Made by a program: the position numbers and the translations under genes. A stretch of DNA of 64,000 bases from an uncultured delta proteobacterium (GTDB taxonomy: Bacteria > Desulfobacterota > WTBG01 > CAIYCZ01 > CAIRTM01): the NCBI GenBank assembly GCA_963804955.1, contig CAWDSQ010000008.1, positions 32,001 to 96,000 of the forward strand. The letters run 5' to 3'. Each line of letters starts with the position of its first letter. The first letter of the stretch is position 1. The notes beneath the pieces were generated by a model, which had not been told where the DNA came from, searched no databases, and worked only from the letters and a program-made list of their open reading frames with translations. This document shows positions 1-9,103 of this stretch, piece after piece.

Positions 1-549
1 GCCAGCGCTTCGGGCGCCCGCTGCGCAACTTCAGCAAGCACGGTTTCAACATGGCTCATGCGGGTGGCGAGGTCATCGGTAAGGGCCGCGCCCTCGGCGT
101 CCTGCATGTGCCGCAGCTGCCCGAGGGCCTGCTCAAGCACCGGTTTGATAAAGGCCCACAGCAGCTCTTTATCATGCTGGTTGTCCGGCTCTTTGAAAAA
201 GATGTCGCGCAAGGGAAGCAGGCTGGCCATATCAATGGCGCCGGGGATGCCCGCCTCTTGCTGTATTTTGCTGAGCTGGCCGTACAGGTTCTTTACCTTG
301 GCCGCCATCGATTTGCATTTCAACGTCCCCGTTCTGCTGGGACGAGTACTGCAGGTTGATATCGACTTTCCCCCGCGAAACATGCGCCGATATGAGCTTG
401 CGGATGTCGCTTTCAAGGGGGTAAAAGATTTTCGGTATCCGCAGGGATATGTCCAGAAAGCGGTGATTGACCGAGCGCGCTTCGGCGCTTATTTTGCGCT
501 CATCGGTTGCCTGTTCGCTGCGGCCGTAGCCGGTCATGCTTCGAAGCAT
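1..549 (-). CDS. yicC: YicC/YloC-family endoribonuclease, partial (runs off the left edge; apparent frameshift near 290)
   Basis: N-terminus MLRSMTGYGR...RSVNHRFLDI...RGKVD is the YicC signature; another frame continues ...LRHMQDAEGAALTDDL to the window edge. Confidence 0.85.
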
Positions 550-605
550 GGGGTTTCTCCATATAAGGGTTCAATGCAGGGGCGTATGGACCATACGCCC
601 TTACT

Positions 606-2135
606 TTAGTTGCTGATAGTATCTTGTCGCGCAATGCCGTTTAAAAGAGCGATAAGCTCCGGCGACCGGTAGTCGGGAAAGGTCCAGGCAAGGGCCGTGA
701 ACGTGCCGCCTTTATACAGCAGGGTCAGGTCGGCAAAAACCCCGTCGCGCAGATACGGCCGGTGCGCAAAATTTTTGCAGGTGGCCAGTATCAAATGATG
801 CAGGGTTATATATCCCGGGTCGATATTCACCCGGCGGGTGCCGTCGGGCCGCGCACAGGCCGCTTCAAGGCCGTTTGTAAAGAGCTTGATGCCGGGCAGG
901 CTCTCGGGAGCGATCAGGTCGCCAAAGGTTATGAAATGACGAAAAAGCCCCGGGCCGATCTCAGCCTCATAATAGTCGGTATAGTCGAAGGACAAACGGT
1001 CGCTTCGGTAGTCAATCGGGCCATACTGCTCTGCAAGGCGGAGGCATACCGCATCTATGAGTTCCGGCTCGCCGGTGATGATGCTTGCGAGGAGCTTGAC
1101 GGGCTGCGGCTGTCGGGGTGCGCTCACGGTTCGGTAAATGTATTGTGAAGAATTGCACTGTCTCAGCTGATCGACCGTCAGGGTCGATGTGCCGATATAA
1201 TGGATCACCACGCCTGCTGCCACATTGGCAATGCGCGCAGCCTCCTCCCATGTGGCGCCAGCCGTGCGGGCAAGCACCAGTGTGCTGATGACCGTGTCGC
1301 CGGCGCCGGTGACGTCGTAGACCTGTTCGGCCGCAGTTTGTATTTTTACGTCAAGGCCGGCGCTGTCAACAAGGCGCATGCCCAGTTCCCCGAGCTTGAC
1401 CAGCACGCAGCTGCAGCCGAGATTGTTCATGATATCATGGGCTGCTGAAAGCGCTTCGTCGTCGCCCGTTATTTCGTGGCGCATGAAGCCGCTTGCTTCC
1501 TTGCGGTTGGGCACCACGATGGTGATGTTTTTGAAATGCTTGAAGTTGCTGAACTTGGGATCAACGGCAACGATCAGATTCGGCCGGCCTGTCACCTGCG
1601 GCAGCACCTCATGCAGAAGCTGCGGCGTGATGAGCCCCTTTTCATAGTCTGAAAAGATGATGGCATCCAGGCTGCCGGCATGGGAAATAATGCGCTCGGC
1701 AAGCTGCTTTCTGCACGAAGAGGGCACCGGTGATCGATCCTCACGGTCAAGCCGTATGACCTGCTGGTTGTGGGCGATGATGCGCGTCTTTATGGTCGTC
1801 GGCCGCGACGGTTCGGTTATAAGGCAGCACGGGTCGGCGCCCGCAGAGGTGATGCGCTCGCGCACCAGCGCGCCGTCGGCGTCATCGCCCACGACGCCGC
1901 ACAGCAGCACATTGCGGTTGCCCAGCGCAGCAATATTATTGAACACATTGGCCGCTCCGCCCAGGCGCACGTCGCGGGCAGTGCCGTTAGAGAGGTTTAC
2001 CACAGGTATGGGCGCCTCGGGCGAAATGCGCTCCACCGAGCCCTTCACATATTCATCAAGCATCACGTCCCCGACGACCATGATGCGGCCAGCCGGAAAT
2101 GCGCTCAGTATCTGTTGGAGCCGTTCTTTTTGCAT
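606..2135 (-). CDS. rfaE1: Heptose-7-phosphate kinase (HldE/RfaE domain I, PfkB fold) read in frame into a DUF4416-family domain (about 606-1127)
   Basis: VVGDVMLDEY..G.VERISPEAPIPV, GGAANV and DVTGAGDT motifs; C-terminal part has FDYTDYY, NIDPGY and WTFPDY; likely start ATG 2135. Confidence 0.85.
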   Translation of the reverse strand: MQKERLQQILSAFPAGRIMVVGDVMLDEYVKGSVERISPEAPIPVVNLSNGTARDVRLGGAANVFNNIAALGNRNVLLCGVVGDDADGALVRERITSAGADPCCLITEPSRPTTIKTRIIAHNQQVIRLDREDRSPVPSSCRKQLAERIISHAGSLDAIIFSDYEKGLITPQLLHEVLPQVTGRPNLIVAVDPKFSNFKHFKNITIVVPNRKEASGFMRHEITGDDEALSAAHDIMNNLGCSCVLVKLGELGMRLVDSAGLDVKIQTAAEQVYDVTGAGDTVISTLVLARTAGATWEEAARIANVAAGVVIHYIGTSTLTVDQLRQCNSSQYIYRTVSAPRQPQPVKLLASIITGEPELIDAVCLRLAEQYGPIDYRSDRLSFDYTDYYEAEIGPGLFRHFITFGDLIAPESLPGIKLFTNGLEAACARPDGTRRVNIDPGYITLHHLILATCKNFAHRPYLRDGVFADLTLLYKGGTFTALAWTFPDYRSPELIALLNGIARQDTISN

Positions 2136-2140
2136 ACGAA

Positions 2141-2653
2141 TCAATATGTCAGCAGTGAAAAAATATTTTTCCCGGCCAGGGCGTCCCTGCCCTTCAGGCC
2201 GGCAAGCTCTATGATGAAGCAGCACTCGGCCACAACCCCGCCGGTTTTTTCAACAAGTTCACAGGCCGCCTGCATGGTGCCGCCGGTTGCCAGCAGGTCG
2301 TCGATGAGCAGCACGCGCATGCCCGGGGTGACGGCATCAACATGCATTTCGATTTTGTCCGTGCCGTATTCAAGGCTGTACCGGGCAGACACGGTTTTTG
2401 CCGGCAGCTTGCCCGGCTTGCGTATGGGGATGAACCCCAGGCCCAGTTTTGCCGCCAGGGCGGCGCCGAAAATAAAGCCGCGTGATTCGATGCCAATGAT
2501 AGCGTCAAGGCTGCCGGCCGGGTAGCGCTGCGCAAGCTCATTAATGACACAGGAAAAAGCCGCTCCGTCTTTCAGCATGGTGGTGATATCGCGGAAGAGT
2601 ATGCCCGGCTTGGGGAAATCGGGTATGCTGCGTATGGTGCTTTTGAGATCCAT
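2141..2653 (-). CDS. apt: Adenine phosphoribosyltransferase
   Basis: IPDFPKPGILFRDIT, GIESRGF, RKPGKLP, YSLEYG and the PRPP motif LLIDDLLATGGT. Confidence 0.97.
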   Translation of the reverse strand: MDLKSTIRSIPDFPKPGILFRDITTMLKDGAAFSCVINELAQRYPAGSLDAIIGIESRGFIFGAALAAKLGLGFIPIRKPGKLPAKTVSARYSLEYGTDKIEMHVDAVTPGMRVLLIDDLLATGGTMQAACELVEKTGGVVAECCFIIELAGLKGRDALAGKNIFSLLTY

Positions 2654-2664
2654 GAATGCTCCTT

Positions 2665-3450
2665 CTACAGTATGGATGATGCTGCCGCCAGGCGGCAGGT
2701 ACAGTCGGTGAAATCAACCTGCTTAATGGCCGCGCGCAGCAGCAGCTTAACGTTTTCAGAGTTTTTCTGCATGGTTTTCTGGATAAGCTCCCAGGAGACG
2801 GGCTCCTCGCTTGCATGCCAGCAGTCATAATCGGTGCTCATGGCGATGGCGGCATAGCAGATGCCCGCCTCCCGCGCCAGCACGACTTCGGGCACGGTGC
2901 TCATATTGATGACGTCGGCGCCCCACATGCGAAACATTTTGCTCTCGGCGCGGGTGGAGAAGCGGGGGCCTTCTATGGTGATAACCGTTCCGCAGCCATG
3001 GGAGTCAAGGCCGAGAGTTCCTGCTGTTTTTGAAAGGATGGCGCGCAGTTTGTCGCAAAAGGGGTCTGCCATGGGAATGTGACAGACCTCCTGCCCTTCA
3101 TAGAACGTGGCGATGCGACGCGTGGTGCGGTCGATGAACTGGTCGGGAAATATAAGATGCCCGGGCTTGATTTCCTCCCGCAGGGACCCGACGGCCGTGA
3201 CGGCAAAGATATGCGTCACGCCCACTTGTTTCATGGCCCAGATATTGGCCCTGAAATTGACTGCCGACGGGTATATGCTGTGGCTGTCTCCGTGGCGCGG
3301 CAGCGTTGCGATCTCGATGCCGTCAAGCCTCCCCGTGGTCACAAGTCCAGACGGTGCGCCATAGGGCGTATGCACCTTCTGCATGGCCGCGTTTTCCAGC
3401 AGCCCCGGATTGCCGAATCCCGTGCCGCCGATGATGCCGATTTTGATCAT
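2665..3450 (-). CDS. mtnP: S-methyl-5'-thioadenosine phosphorylase
   Basis: IGIIGGTG, TPYG, RHG..H, GPRFSTRAES, INMS..PE..LARE and TDYDCW motifs; start reassigned to ATG 3450. Confidence 0.92.
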   Translation of the reverse strand: MIKIGIIGGTGFGNPGLLENAAMQKVHTPYGAPSGLVTTGRLDGIEIATLPRHGDSHSIYPSAVNFRANIWAMKQVGVTHIFAVTAVGSLREEIKPGHLIFPDQFIDRTTRRIATFYEGQEVCHIPMADPFCDKLRAILSKTAGTLGLDSHGCGTVITIEGPRFSTRAESKMFRMWGADVINMSTVPEVVLAREAGICYAAIAMSTDYDCWHASEEPVSWELIQKTMQKNSENVKLLLRAAIKQVDFTDCTCRLAAASSIL

Positions 3451-3690
3451 GCGGTGCTCCTTTTTCTGCCCGGAAGAGGTGAAAAAACGTTTTAAACAAT
3501 AGCAGAAGGCCCGGCAGCGGGCAAGCATTAAATCGGCGGCGGCATATCGCGAGTTTGCGGGGGTAGCCCATGAGTGGTCCGGCAGCGCTTGTGCTGGCTG
3601 CGTGCGCATTGCGGGAAGCCGGTCGGCAGGGAGCATCAGCTGCAGCCCCGCCCTGCGCGTGAGCAACAGGATGCCTTATGGGACAGGTTT

Positions 3691-4524
3691 TTAATGCAGG
3701 ACGCGCTTGCGCTCGGCGCTGAGATATTTCACCATCGTGATGCTGGTGCCCTTTTCATTGAAAAAGACCTCATCCATCAGGTATTTGACGATGAATATTC
3801 CCCGCTTGTCAGGCAGTGTTGACGTGGTTTCCGCAAACTCGCCGGTAAGGGCTGTGCAGTCAAACCCCTCTCCTTCGTCTTCAATGGTTATGGACAGCTT
3901 TTCGCTGTCAAATACGGCCCGGAGCAGTATCTTTTTTGATTCATCCATTTGATTGCCGTGGGCAAAGGCGTTATTGAGCAGCTCGTCAAGGCAGATGGAG
4001 ATATTGCTTAAGAACATTTCGTCTTCAATGCCCCGCCACTGACATTCCCGCACGACATACAGGGCCGCCGAGGCAAGCAGGTGCGAGTAGTTCGGAATTT
4101 CTATTTCCGTGATATTTTTGATGCCTTCCTGCAGGCGGTGCGTACCCAGAGAAAATTCCCGCAGCCGCAGGCCGCGCTTGATGACGTTTTCAATTTCCTT
4201 AATAGTGAAGGGCTTTGTGATGAAGTTGTAGGCGCCGTGACTCAGCGCGCTCACCACATTGTTGACATCGCCATGACCGGAAATGACCGCCACGGGGATA
4301 TTTGCATTGATCTGGCGGATTTTTTTTATGAACTCGAATCCATCCATGTTCGGCATCATGAGGTCGGTGATAATAAGGTCAACCTTGCTGGTTTTGACTT
4401 TTTCCAGCCCGTCAGTGCCATCAACAGCGGTGAGGGGATTAAGGTGCAGCCCTTTGAGCATGTTGGCCAGCATGGCAAGCATGGCCTGATCATCGTCGAC
4501 TATAAGAACATTGACTTCTTTCAT
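3691..4524 (-). CDS. Response regulator (REC) fused to an anti-sigma-factor-type HATPase domain
   Basis: VDDD/DLMMP/KPF receiver; C-terminal ELLNNAFAHGN, IEDEGEGF, RGIFIV..LMDEV.FNEKG. Confidence 0.85.
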   Translation of the reverse strand: MKEVNVLIVDDDQAMLAMLANMLKGLHLNPLTAVDGTDGLEKVKTSKVDLIITDLMMPNMDGFEFIKKIRQINANIPVAVISGHGDVNNVVSALSHGAYNFITKPFTIKEIENVIKRGLRLREFSLGTHRLQEGIKNITEIEIPNYSHLLASAALYVVRECQWRGIEDEMFLSNISICLDELLNNAFAHGNQMDESKKILLRAVFDSEKLSITIEDEGEGFDCTALTGEFAETTSTLPDKRGIFIVKYLMDEVFFNEKGTSITMVKYLSAERKRVLH

Positions 4525-4769
4525 GGCTCACCCCGTTATTTGTGATTGCGTAGCGTTCATGGTCGGTTTATTCATTTTATATAATACCCGCATAATATAT
4601 AATCAAGTAAATAAGTTAAAAAATCGATTTGCCGTATGCTGACTCCGAAGGATTCCTGCCGGGAATGCGCAGTAAAAGCTTGCTTTTTTCGAAGATATTG
4701 GCTACTAATTCTCCAAAAATATAAATAGTTGGTTGTCGATTTCAATCTCTGTAAGAAGGGGGTCTCTGC

Positions 4770-5112
4770 ATGGCTGAATCTCAATATGCCAAAATGCGCA
4801 GCAAGGTTCGTATCAAAACAGACCTCAAGGCACACTGTTTCATACAAAACGAGGAAGCTCAGCCCATTGAATGCACTGATCATTGATTTGAGCACCGCCG
4901 GAGCCGGGGTGGTCTTCCAGCATAATGGAAAGATTGCCATCGGAGATATTGTTGCGATTAATATTTTTTTACCGAATACTATTTTGCATGTTGCGGTTCG
5001 CGCCGAAATCCGGTGGTTGCGGCGCAGGGCTAAAGACATGATTTGCGGCACCCAATTTCAGGAAGTGCTCAGCGAAAGAATGTTTAACCAGCTTATTAAA
5101 AAAAACCCCTGA
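4770..5112 (+). CDS. PilZ-domain protein (apparent frameshift near 4878)
   Basis: ATG 4770 gives MAESQYAKMRSKVR (RxxxR); the adjacent frame gives DLSTAG (DxSxxG) and ..EIRW...CGTQF. Confidence 0.7.
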
Positions 5113-5213
5113 AGCCTGCTTTTCTTCTGCCAATAGAAGCGCCTTGTTTTTTTAAACCCCATCCCTGCCGATACAGGGCTGAAGGGTTTGCCGATTGTGC
5201 CGGGAAAAAGCGA

Positions 5214-5242
5214 TTGACAAAACAGGCAATTTTGGTTATTTT
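5214..5242 (+). promoter_or_regulatory. Probable sigma-70 promoter of tRNA-Asn
   Basis: TTGACA, 17-bp spacer, TATTTT, about 30 bp upstream of the tRNA. Confidence 0.5.
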
Positions 5243-5272
5243 ACTACTTTGCTTTTGTATCGATAATTCTGT

Positions 5273-5348
5273 TCCCCAGTAGCTCAGTCGGTAGAGCGGG
5301 TGGCTGTTAACCACCATGTCCGTGGTTCGAGTCCGCGCTGGGGAGCCA
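5273..5348 (+). tRNA. tRNA-Asn (GTT)
   Basis: 76-nt cloverleaf: acceptor TCCCCAG/CTGGGGA, D arm GCTC/GAGC, anticodon loop CTGTTAA, GTTCGA T loop, encoded CCA. Confidence 0.97.
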
Positions 5349-5353
5349 ACTTT

Positions 5354-5386
5354 AAAAGCCCGGTTCCGTTAAGGAGCCGGGCTTTT
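5354..5386 (+). terminator. Intrinsic terminator after tRNA-Asn, probably bidirectional
   Basis: AAAAGCCCGGTTCC-loop-GGAGCCGGGCTTTT. Confidence 0.85.
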
Positions 5387-5417
5387 CTTGATTCCAGAGT
5401 CAGTGTGAGCAAAGAAC

Positions 5418-5756
5418 TTAGAGGAATTCTATTTGGTTTTTGATAGCGTTTTTTGAAGAGCGTTGTAAAAAAGTTAACAGCCTGCGAAGGGTTTCTCCAA
5501 TCGGAAGGTGTTTTGAAACAATAATACCAAAATGCTCCCTGCCGCTACCAAGGTATTCGTTATGCAGCAGAACGAAATCTTTCACATTATAGGTAACCAG
5601 GCATCTTCCTTGCTTTGCCGAAAATTGTAGTTGCTCATCATCCGACTTGCCTTTTTGGCTTAGTTCTTGAGCGTGATACGCATCGTAGCCTCTCTGGCGA
5701 AGAGCATGTGCTACAGCAAGCTGCACATCTTCATCCAGCAGCAGTTTTATCTTCAT
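5418..5756 (-). CDS. DUF5615-family PIN-like toxin
   Basis: LLLDED...LRQRGYD...GKSD.E.L..S...GRCLVTYN.KDF; overlaps the upstream DUF433 gene by ATGA. Confidence 0.85.
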   Translation of the reverse strand: MKIKLLLDEDVQLAVAHALRQRGYDAYHAQELSQKGKSDDEQLQFSAKQGRCLVTYNVKDFVLLHNEYLGSGREHFGIIVSKHLPIGETLRRLLTFLQRSSKNAIKNQIEFL

Positions 5757-6064
5757 GCGCGCGCTTTCCGTTTTGCCGGGCTGCGCCCTCCTTGTTTTTT
5801 CCAGAAAGCAATATCTGAAGATTCTTTTATTTCACTATCCAGTTCTTTTTGATGGTCAAAATAATATGCAAGAGCGGAATGCACTTGTGCGGAAGTAAGA
5901 TGAGATAGATTTATAAGAATCTCATCAACGCTCATCCCCATCTGGTAATACTCGGCAATACATCTAACGGTAATTCTTGTCCCCTCAATTACAGGTTCAC
6001 CATGAGCAATATCATGCCGGAATATAATGTAAGGATATGTTATTTTTGCAAGAGCTTTACCCAT
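5753..6064 (-). CDS. DUF433-family antitoxin
   Basis: GEPVIEGTRITV...GMSVDEI....HLT.AQVHSALAYY. Confidence 0.9.
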   Translation of the reverse strand: MGKALAKITYPYIIFRHDIAHGEPVIEGTRITVRCIAEYYQMGMSVDEILINLSHLTSAQVHSALAYYFDHQKELDSEIKESSDIAFWKKQGGRSPAKRKARA

Positions 6065-6112
6065 AACAAATATCTCCTTAATAATTTATCAAATCCGTTG
6101 AATTGCTGACGA

Positions 6113-6379
6113 CTATTTTTTTTGCCACTGAGCTATGTTCTCCATGTCGGCACGATAGTCCTGAAGGTCATACTGCCGTTCGATCTGCTTATTGCCGAGA
6201 AAAAAATGGAAATCGGTCTTGGTCATATTGGCCAGTTTCCGCGCACTGCCCAGTGACAGCATCCCTTCTTTGTAAAGAGCAGCCGCCAACTCTTTCCTTA
6301 TGGTATTTTTGAGTTTATGTTTTGGAATTTTTGCTTCCAGCAAAATCTCATAAGGTACATCTATTACAATACTGCTCAC
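6113..6379 (-). CDS. UPF0175-family HTH protein (orphan antitoxin-like)
   Basis: ELAAALYKEGMLSLGSARKLANMTK.DF; GTG start 6379 with AGGAG upstream. Confidence 0.75.
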   Translation of the reverse strand: MSSIVIDVPYEILLEAKIPKHKLKNTIRKELAAALYKEGMLSLGSARKLANMTKTDFHFFLGNKQIERQYDLQDYRADMENIAQWQKK

Positions 6380-6561
6380 GGTGAGTCTCCTTTCAATCGA
6401 ACCGGCAGGGCACTGTTGAAATAAACCTTGATTTTTCCGGCTATTACATCCCAAAGACCTATAATGCAGTATAGAAAGCAGCGGCTTATGTGTCAATCAA
6501 AAGATGTGCAACGCTCCAGAGCTACTTTGAAAAACGATGTTGGGAAAATTAAAGCGTTACT

Positions 6562-6642
6562 GTAATCTCCCCGTGCCTAGACATGTCCGGGTTGGGGAGG
6601 CAAAAGTAAAAGCCCGATTCCTTTTGGAGCCGGGTTTTTTTT
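6562..6642 (+). repeat. Cassette junction copy 1 (left arm + tRNA 3' fragment + terminator)
   Basis: GTAATCTCCCCGTGCCTAGACAT, then 15/18 match to tRNA 5331-5348, then AAAAGCCCGATTCC..GGAGCCGGGTTTT. Confidence 0.85.
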
Positions 6643-6665
6643 ATGATTAAGAAAAAGGTGCAGTT

Positions 6666-6995
6666 CTAAAGAAGTGTGTGGAGCTTTGCCATGACTTCAG
6701 CAAGGATATCCTCTGAAACCCGGGCAACCAATTTTGCTTCCCGCGTCTGCCAATCGAGACTCTTGACCTGATCGCTTAAGATAACGCCCTTGATACCTTT
6801 AACATTAACGGAGACCTCAAATGGATAGCCCTTGACCTTGCTGGTAATCGGGCAGAACAAGGCAAGACCAACTCGACGATTATACTCGCGGGGAGAGAGA
6901 ACCAGTGCGGGACGATGGCCGGTTTGTTCATGTCCGCTTTGAGGATTAAACTGAAGCCAGACAATGTCGCCCCTATCCGGCACAAAGGCCGGCAT
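6666..6995 (-). CDS. mazF: MazF/PemK endoribonuclease toxin
   Basis: PDRGDIVWLQFNPQSGHEQ.GHRPALVLSP..YN...CPITS.VKGYPFEV...DQVKSLDW. Confidence 0.95.
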   Translation of the reverse strand: MPAFVPDRGDIVWLQFNPQSGHEQTGHRPALVLSPREYNRRVGLALFCPITSKVKGYPFEVSVNVKGIKGVILSDQVKSLDWQTREAKLVARVSEDILAEVMAKLHTLL

Positions 6996-7237
6996 TACCA
7001 GACCTCCTTGCCCTGGGCCGAACCAAAATCAACTTCGCCGTGGATATTTCCTTTTTTAATTTTTTTAAGCATATCTTCAAGCGCAAAGACGGGCTTCTCA
7101 ACGGGCACTATCACCAGGCGGTTGCCTTCCTCAAGTATCTCAACCTGGGATCCTTCATATAGCTTAATATCTTTGGCTACCGGGCTTGGAATCCGCACAC
7201 CCAGGCTATTACCCCATTTTTGCACAGTTGTAATCAT
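6995..7237 (-). CDS. mazE: MazE (AbrB-type) antitoxin
   Basis: VQKWGNSLGVRIP...G.EVW; translationally coupled to mazF. Confidence 0.93.
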   Translation of the reverse strand: MITTVQKWGNSLGVRIPSPVAKDIKLYEGSQVEILEEGNRLVIVPVEKPVFALEDMLKKIKKGNIHGEVDFGSAQGKEVW

Positions 7238-7256
7238 GACAAGCCTCTATGAATAG

Positions 7257-7279
7257 ATGTTTATACATAGTATATACAT
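7257..7279. promoter_or_regulatory. Palindromic operator upstream of mazE
   Basis: ATGTTTATAC-ATA-GTATATACAT inverted repeat 20 bp from the start codon. Confidence 0.55.
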
Positions 7280-7447
7280 TCAAAAAGATTATTCGTCAAT
7301 AGTGTTTTATTTAGTACCCCTCTTAGCTCTCCGGTCACAAGTTCAAATTCTTATTTGAAATTGCGTTTAGACGCTACGTTTAGTTTGCATCAGTAATGCG
7401 GAAGGGTTTTTTCAAAGTTGTCCGCAAAGAAAAATGAAAGCCTTACA

Positions 7448-7528
7448 GTAATCTCCCCGTGCCCAGATGGGGTCGTGATGGGGTGCCAATTTTAAAAGCC
7501 CGATTCCTTTTGGAGCCGGGCTTTTTTT
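7448..7528 (+). repeat. Cassette junction copy 2
   Basis: GTAATCTCCCCGTGCCCAGATGG, then 13/18 match to the tRNA 3' end, then the same terminator family. Confidence 0.85.
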
Positions 7529-7793
7529 CAAGCAGAATCAGTCTGCCGGATTTAATATCCCGGCAGGCTTTGTACATAAGTCTGTTGGGGTAACGGTCAC
7601 GTTCCTTTCCGGCGGTTTTGACAGCCCGGCCACGAGCCTGCAGCGTGTACAGATACCAGATCTATTTTTGCCTGTATGAAGTGCTTCCCGATGGCGCAGG
7701 CAGCATATACCTGTTTCAGCGAAATCCTCGCGCGGCTGCGTCCTGCGCGCATGCTGGCGAAATCGTTCGGCGCAAGCCAGGCCTCGCTTGAGC

Positions 7794-8594
7794 TTATCGC
7801 ATCATGGATTCAGCTTTTACTCCTGCATCGAGAATTATGATGTCAACCCGCCGGTTCTGCTGCCTGCCCGCCTCGCTGTCATTGCCGGCAACAGGGTAGC
7901 TTTTGCCGTATCCTTTTGAAACAATCCGATAAAATGGGACCTGCCTGCTCAGCAGTGCATTGCGCACAGCCTCTGCCCGGCGCTGCGACAGCTCAAGGTT
8001 ATAGGACTCAGAGCCGATGCTGTCGGTATGGCCTTCGATCAGCACCGAACGGTCTGTGTGCTCGCTTAAAAAAGCCGCCAGCTGGTCGATGGTGCGATTC
8101 GCGCCGGGAAGCAACTGCGCCTTATCAAACTCGAACAACACATCGCCCAGCGTCAGCACCATGCCGCGGTCGCTTTTTTTGGCATTCAGCTCCGCAAGCT
8201 CTGCCGAAAGCTTGTCTGAGCGTTTGCGCTCAAGATCGATTTCCGCATCGCGTGCTTCCAGCAGTACCTGGTTCTTTTCCCTGCCCAGCTCGGTAATGGT
8301 CGCGCCGGAGAGCTTTCGGTCTGCCACGGCCACGGCAATTTGAGCTTTGCGCTCGGCAAGATAGGCCAGGTATTTTACATCCTCGATATTTTCCGCCTTT
8401 TCGGCCTGCTCCAGGGCAAGCTCCGCGTCATACATCTCAACCTGCGCATATTCATTCACCCAGGTTTTTGCTTTTGCTGCAGTGTAGGCGCTGCGCGCCC
8501 GCAGCAGATCAGGCTGATTGGCAGGTATGCTGCTGCAGCCTGCAAGCATGGCGATAAGGATGCAGTATAAGAGATACTCAAATGGTCGCTTCAT
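7794..8594 (-). CDS. OmpA-family lipoprotein with N-terminal DUF4398-like domain
   Basis: Lipobox LAGC; DVLF.FDKA, IEGHTDS.G...YNL.LSQRRAEAV, GYG...PVA.N....GRQQNRRV. Confidence 0.9.
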   Translation of the reverse strand: MKRPFEYLLYCILIAMLAGCSSIPANQPDLLRARSAYTAAKAKTWVNEYAQVEMYDAELALEQAEKAENIEDVKYLAYLAERKAQIAVAVADRKLSGATITELGREKNQVLLEARDAEIDLERKRSDKLSAELAELNAKKSDRGMVLTLGDVLFEFDKAQLLPGANRTIDQLAAFLSEHTDRSVLIEGHTDSIGSESYNLELSQRRAEAVRNALLSRQVPFYRIVSKGYGKSYPVAGNDSEAGRQQNRRVDIIILDAGVKAESMMR

Positions 8595-8607
8595 GGCGAG
8601 CCTCCTT

Positions 8608-8997
8608 TTAGGGCTGTTGTCTTTTTTTTATCCGTTCAGCTTCACCTTGAAGCGCCTCGATGCTCTGCCGCATTTCAAAGGCATCCTTTTCCGCCTTGGC
8701 CGAAAGGGCTTTCTCCTGGGCAAGCTGCGCATCAAGCAGTGCTTGATCTATAAGCCGCTCGGCCTGTTCATACTCCTCGTCGGCGATTGCTTTTTTCGCC
8801 GCCTGGTACTTGTCTTCAGCAAACCGCAGCTCCAGTGGCGCATACGTGGAAGCATCAGCCTTGAGCGCATCATTGATGGCATATTCAAGGTTGGCCATTT
8901 TGCCTGTCGGCGCAATCCCGGCGCAGGCTCCGCTGAGCATGACCAGAATAAGGAGAACGCAACACCTCAAGTTTTTTTGCTGTACCAGCAGATTCAT
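8608..8997 (-). CDS. DUF4398-family lipoprotein
   Basis: Signal peptide ending SGAC; A.TYAPLELR.AEDK...A; usual partner of the OmpA gene. Confidence 0.75.
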   Translation of the reverse strand: MNLLVQQKNLRCCVLLILVMLSGACAGIAPTGKMANLEYAINDALKADASTYAPLELRFAEDKYQAAKKAIADEEYEQAERLIDQALLDAQLAQEKALSAKAEKDAFEMRQSIEALQGEAERIKKRQQP

Positions 8998-9103
8998 ACG
9001 GACCTCATCGCAAAATAGTTTTGGATTGCTTGATTCAGATTCAGCGCCAGAAAATTATAATTTTTTTTAATGACAGTTGCAAACACTGAGTTTTCCGCGG
9101 GTG

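Noticed and set aside
4770..5112. Programmed frameshifting in PilZ and other split genes
   Set aside because: No slippery site or stimulatory structure was noticed, and similar breaks occur throughout the window.
7316..7352. Possible deleted tRNA remnant (CCCCTCTTAGCTC..GGTCACAAGTTCAAATTC)
   Set aside because: Too short and degenerate; no anticodon arm or acceptor 3' strand.
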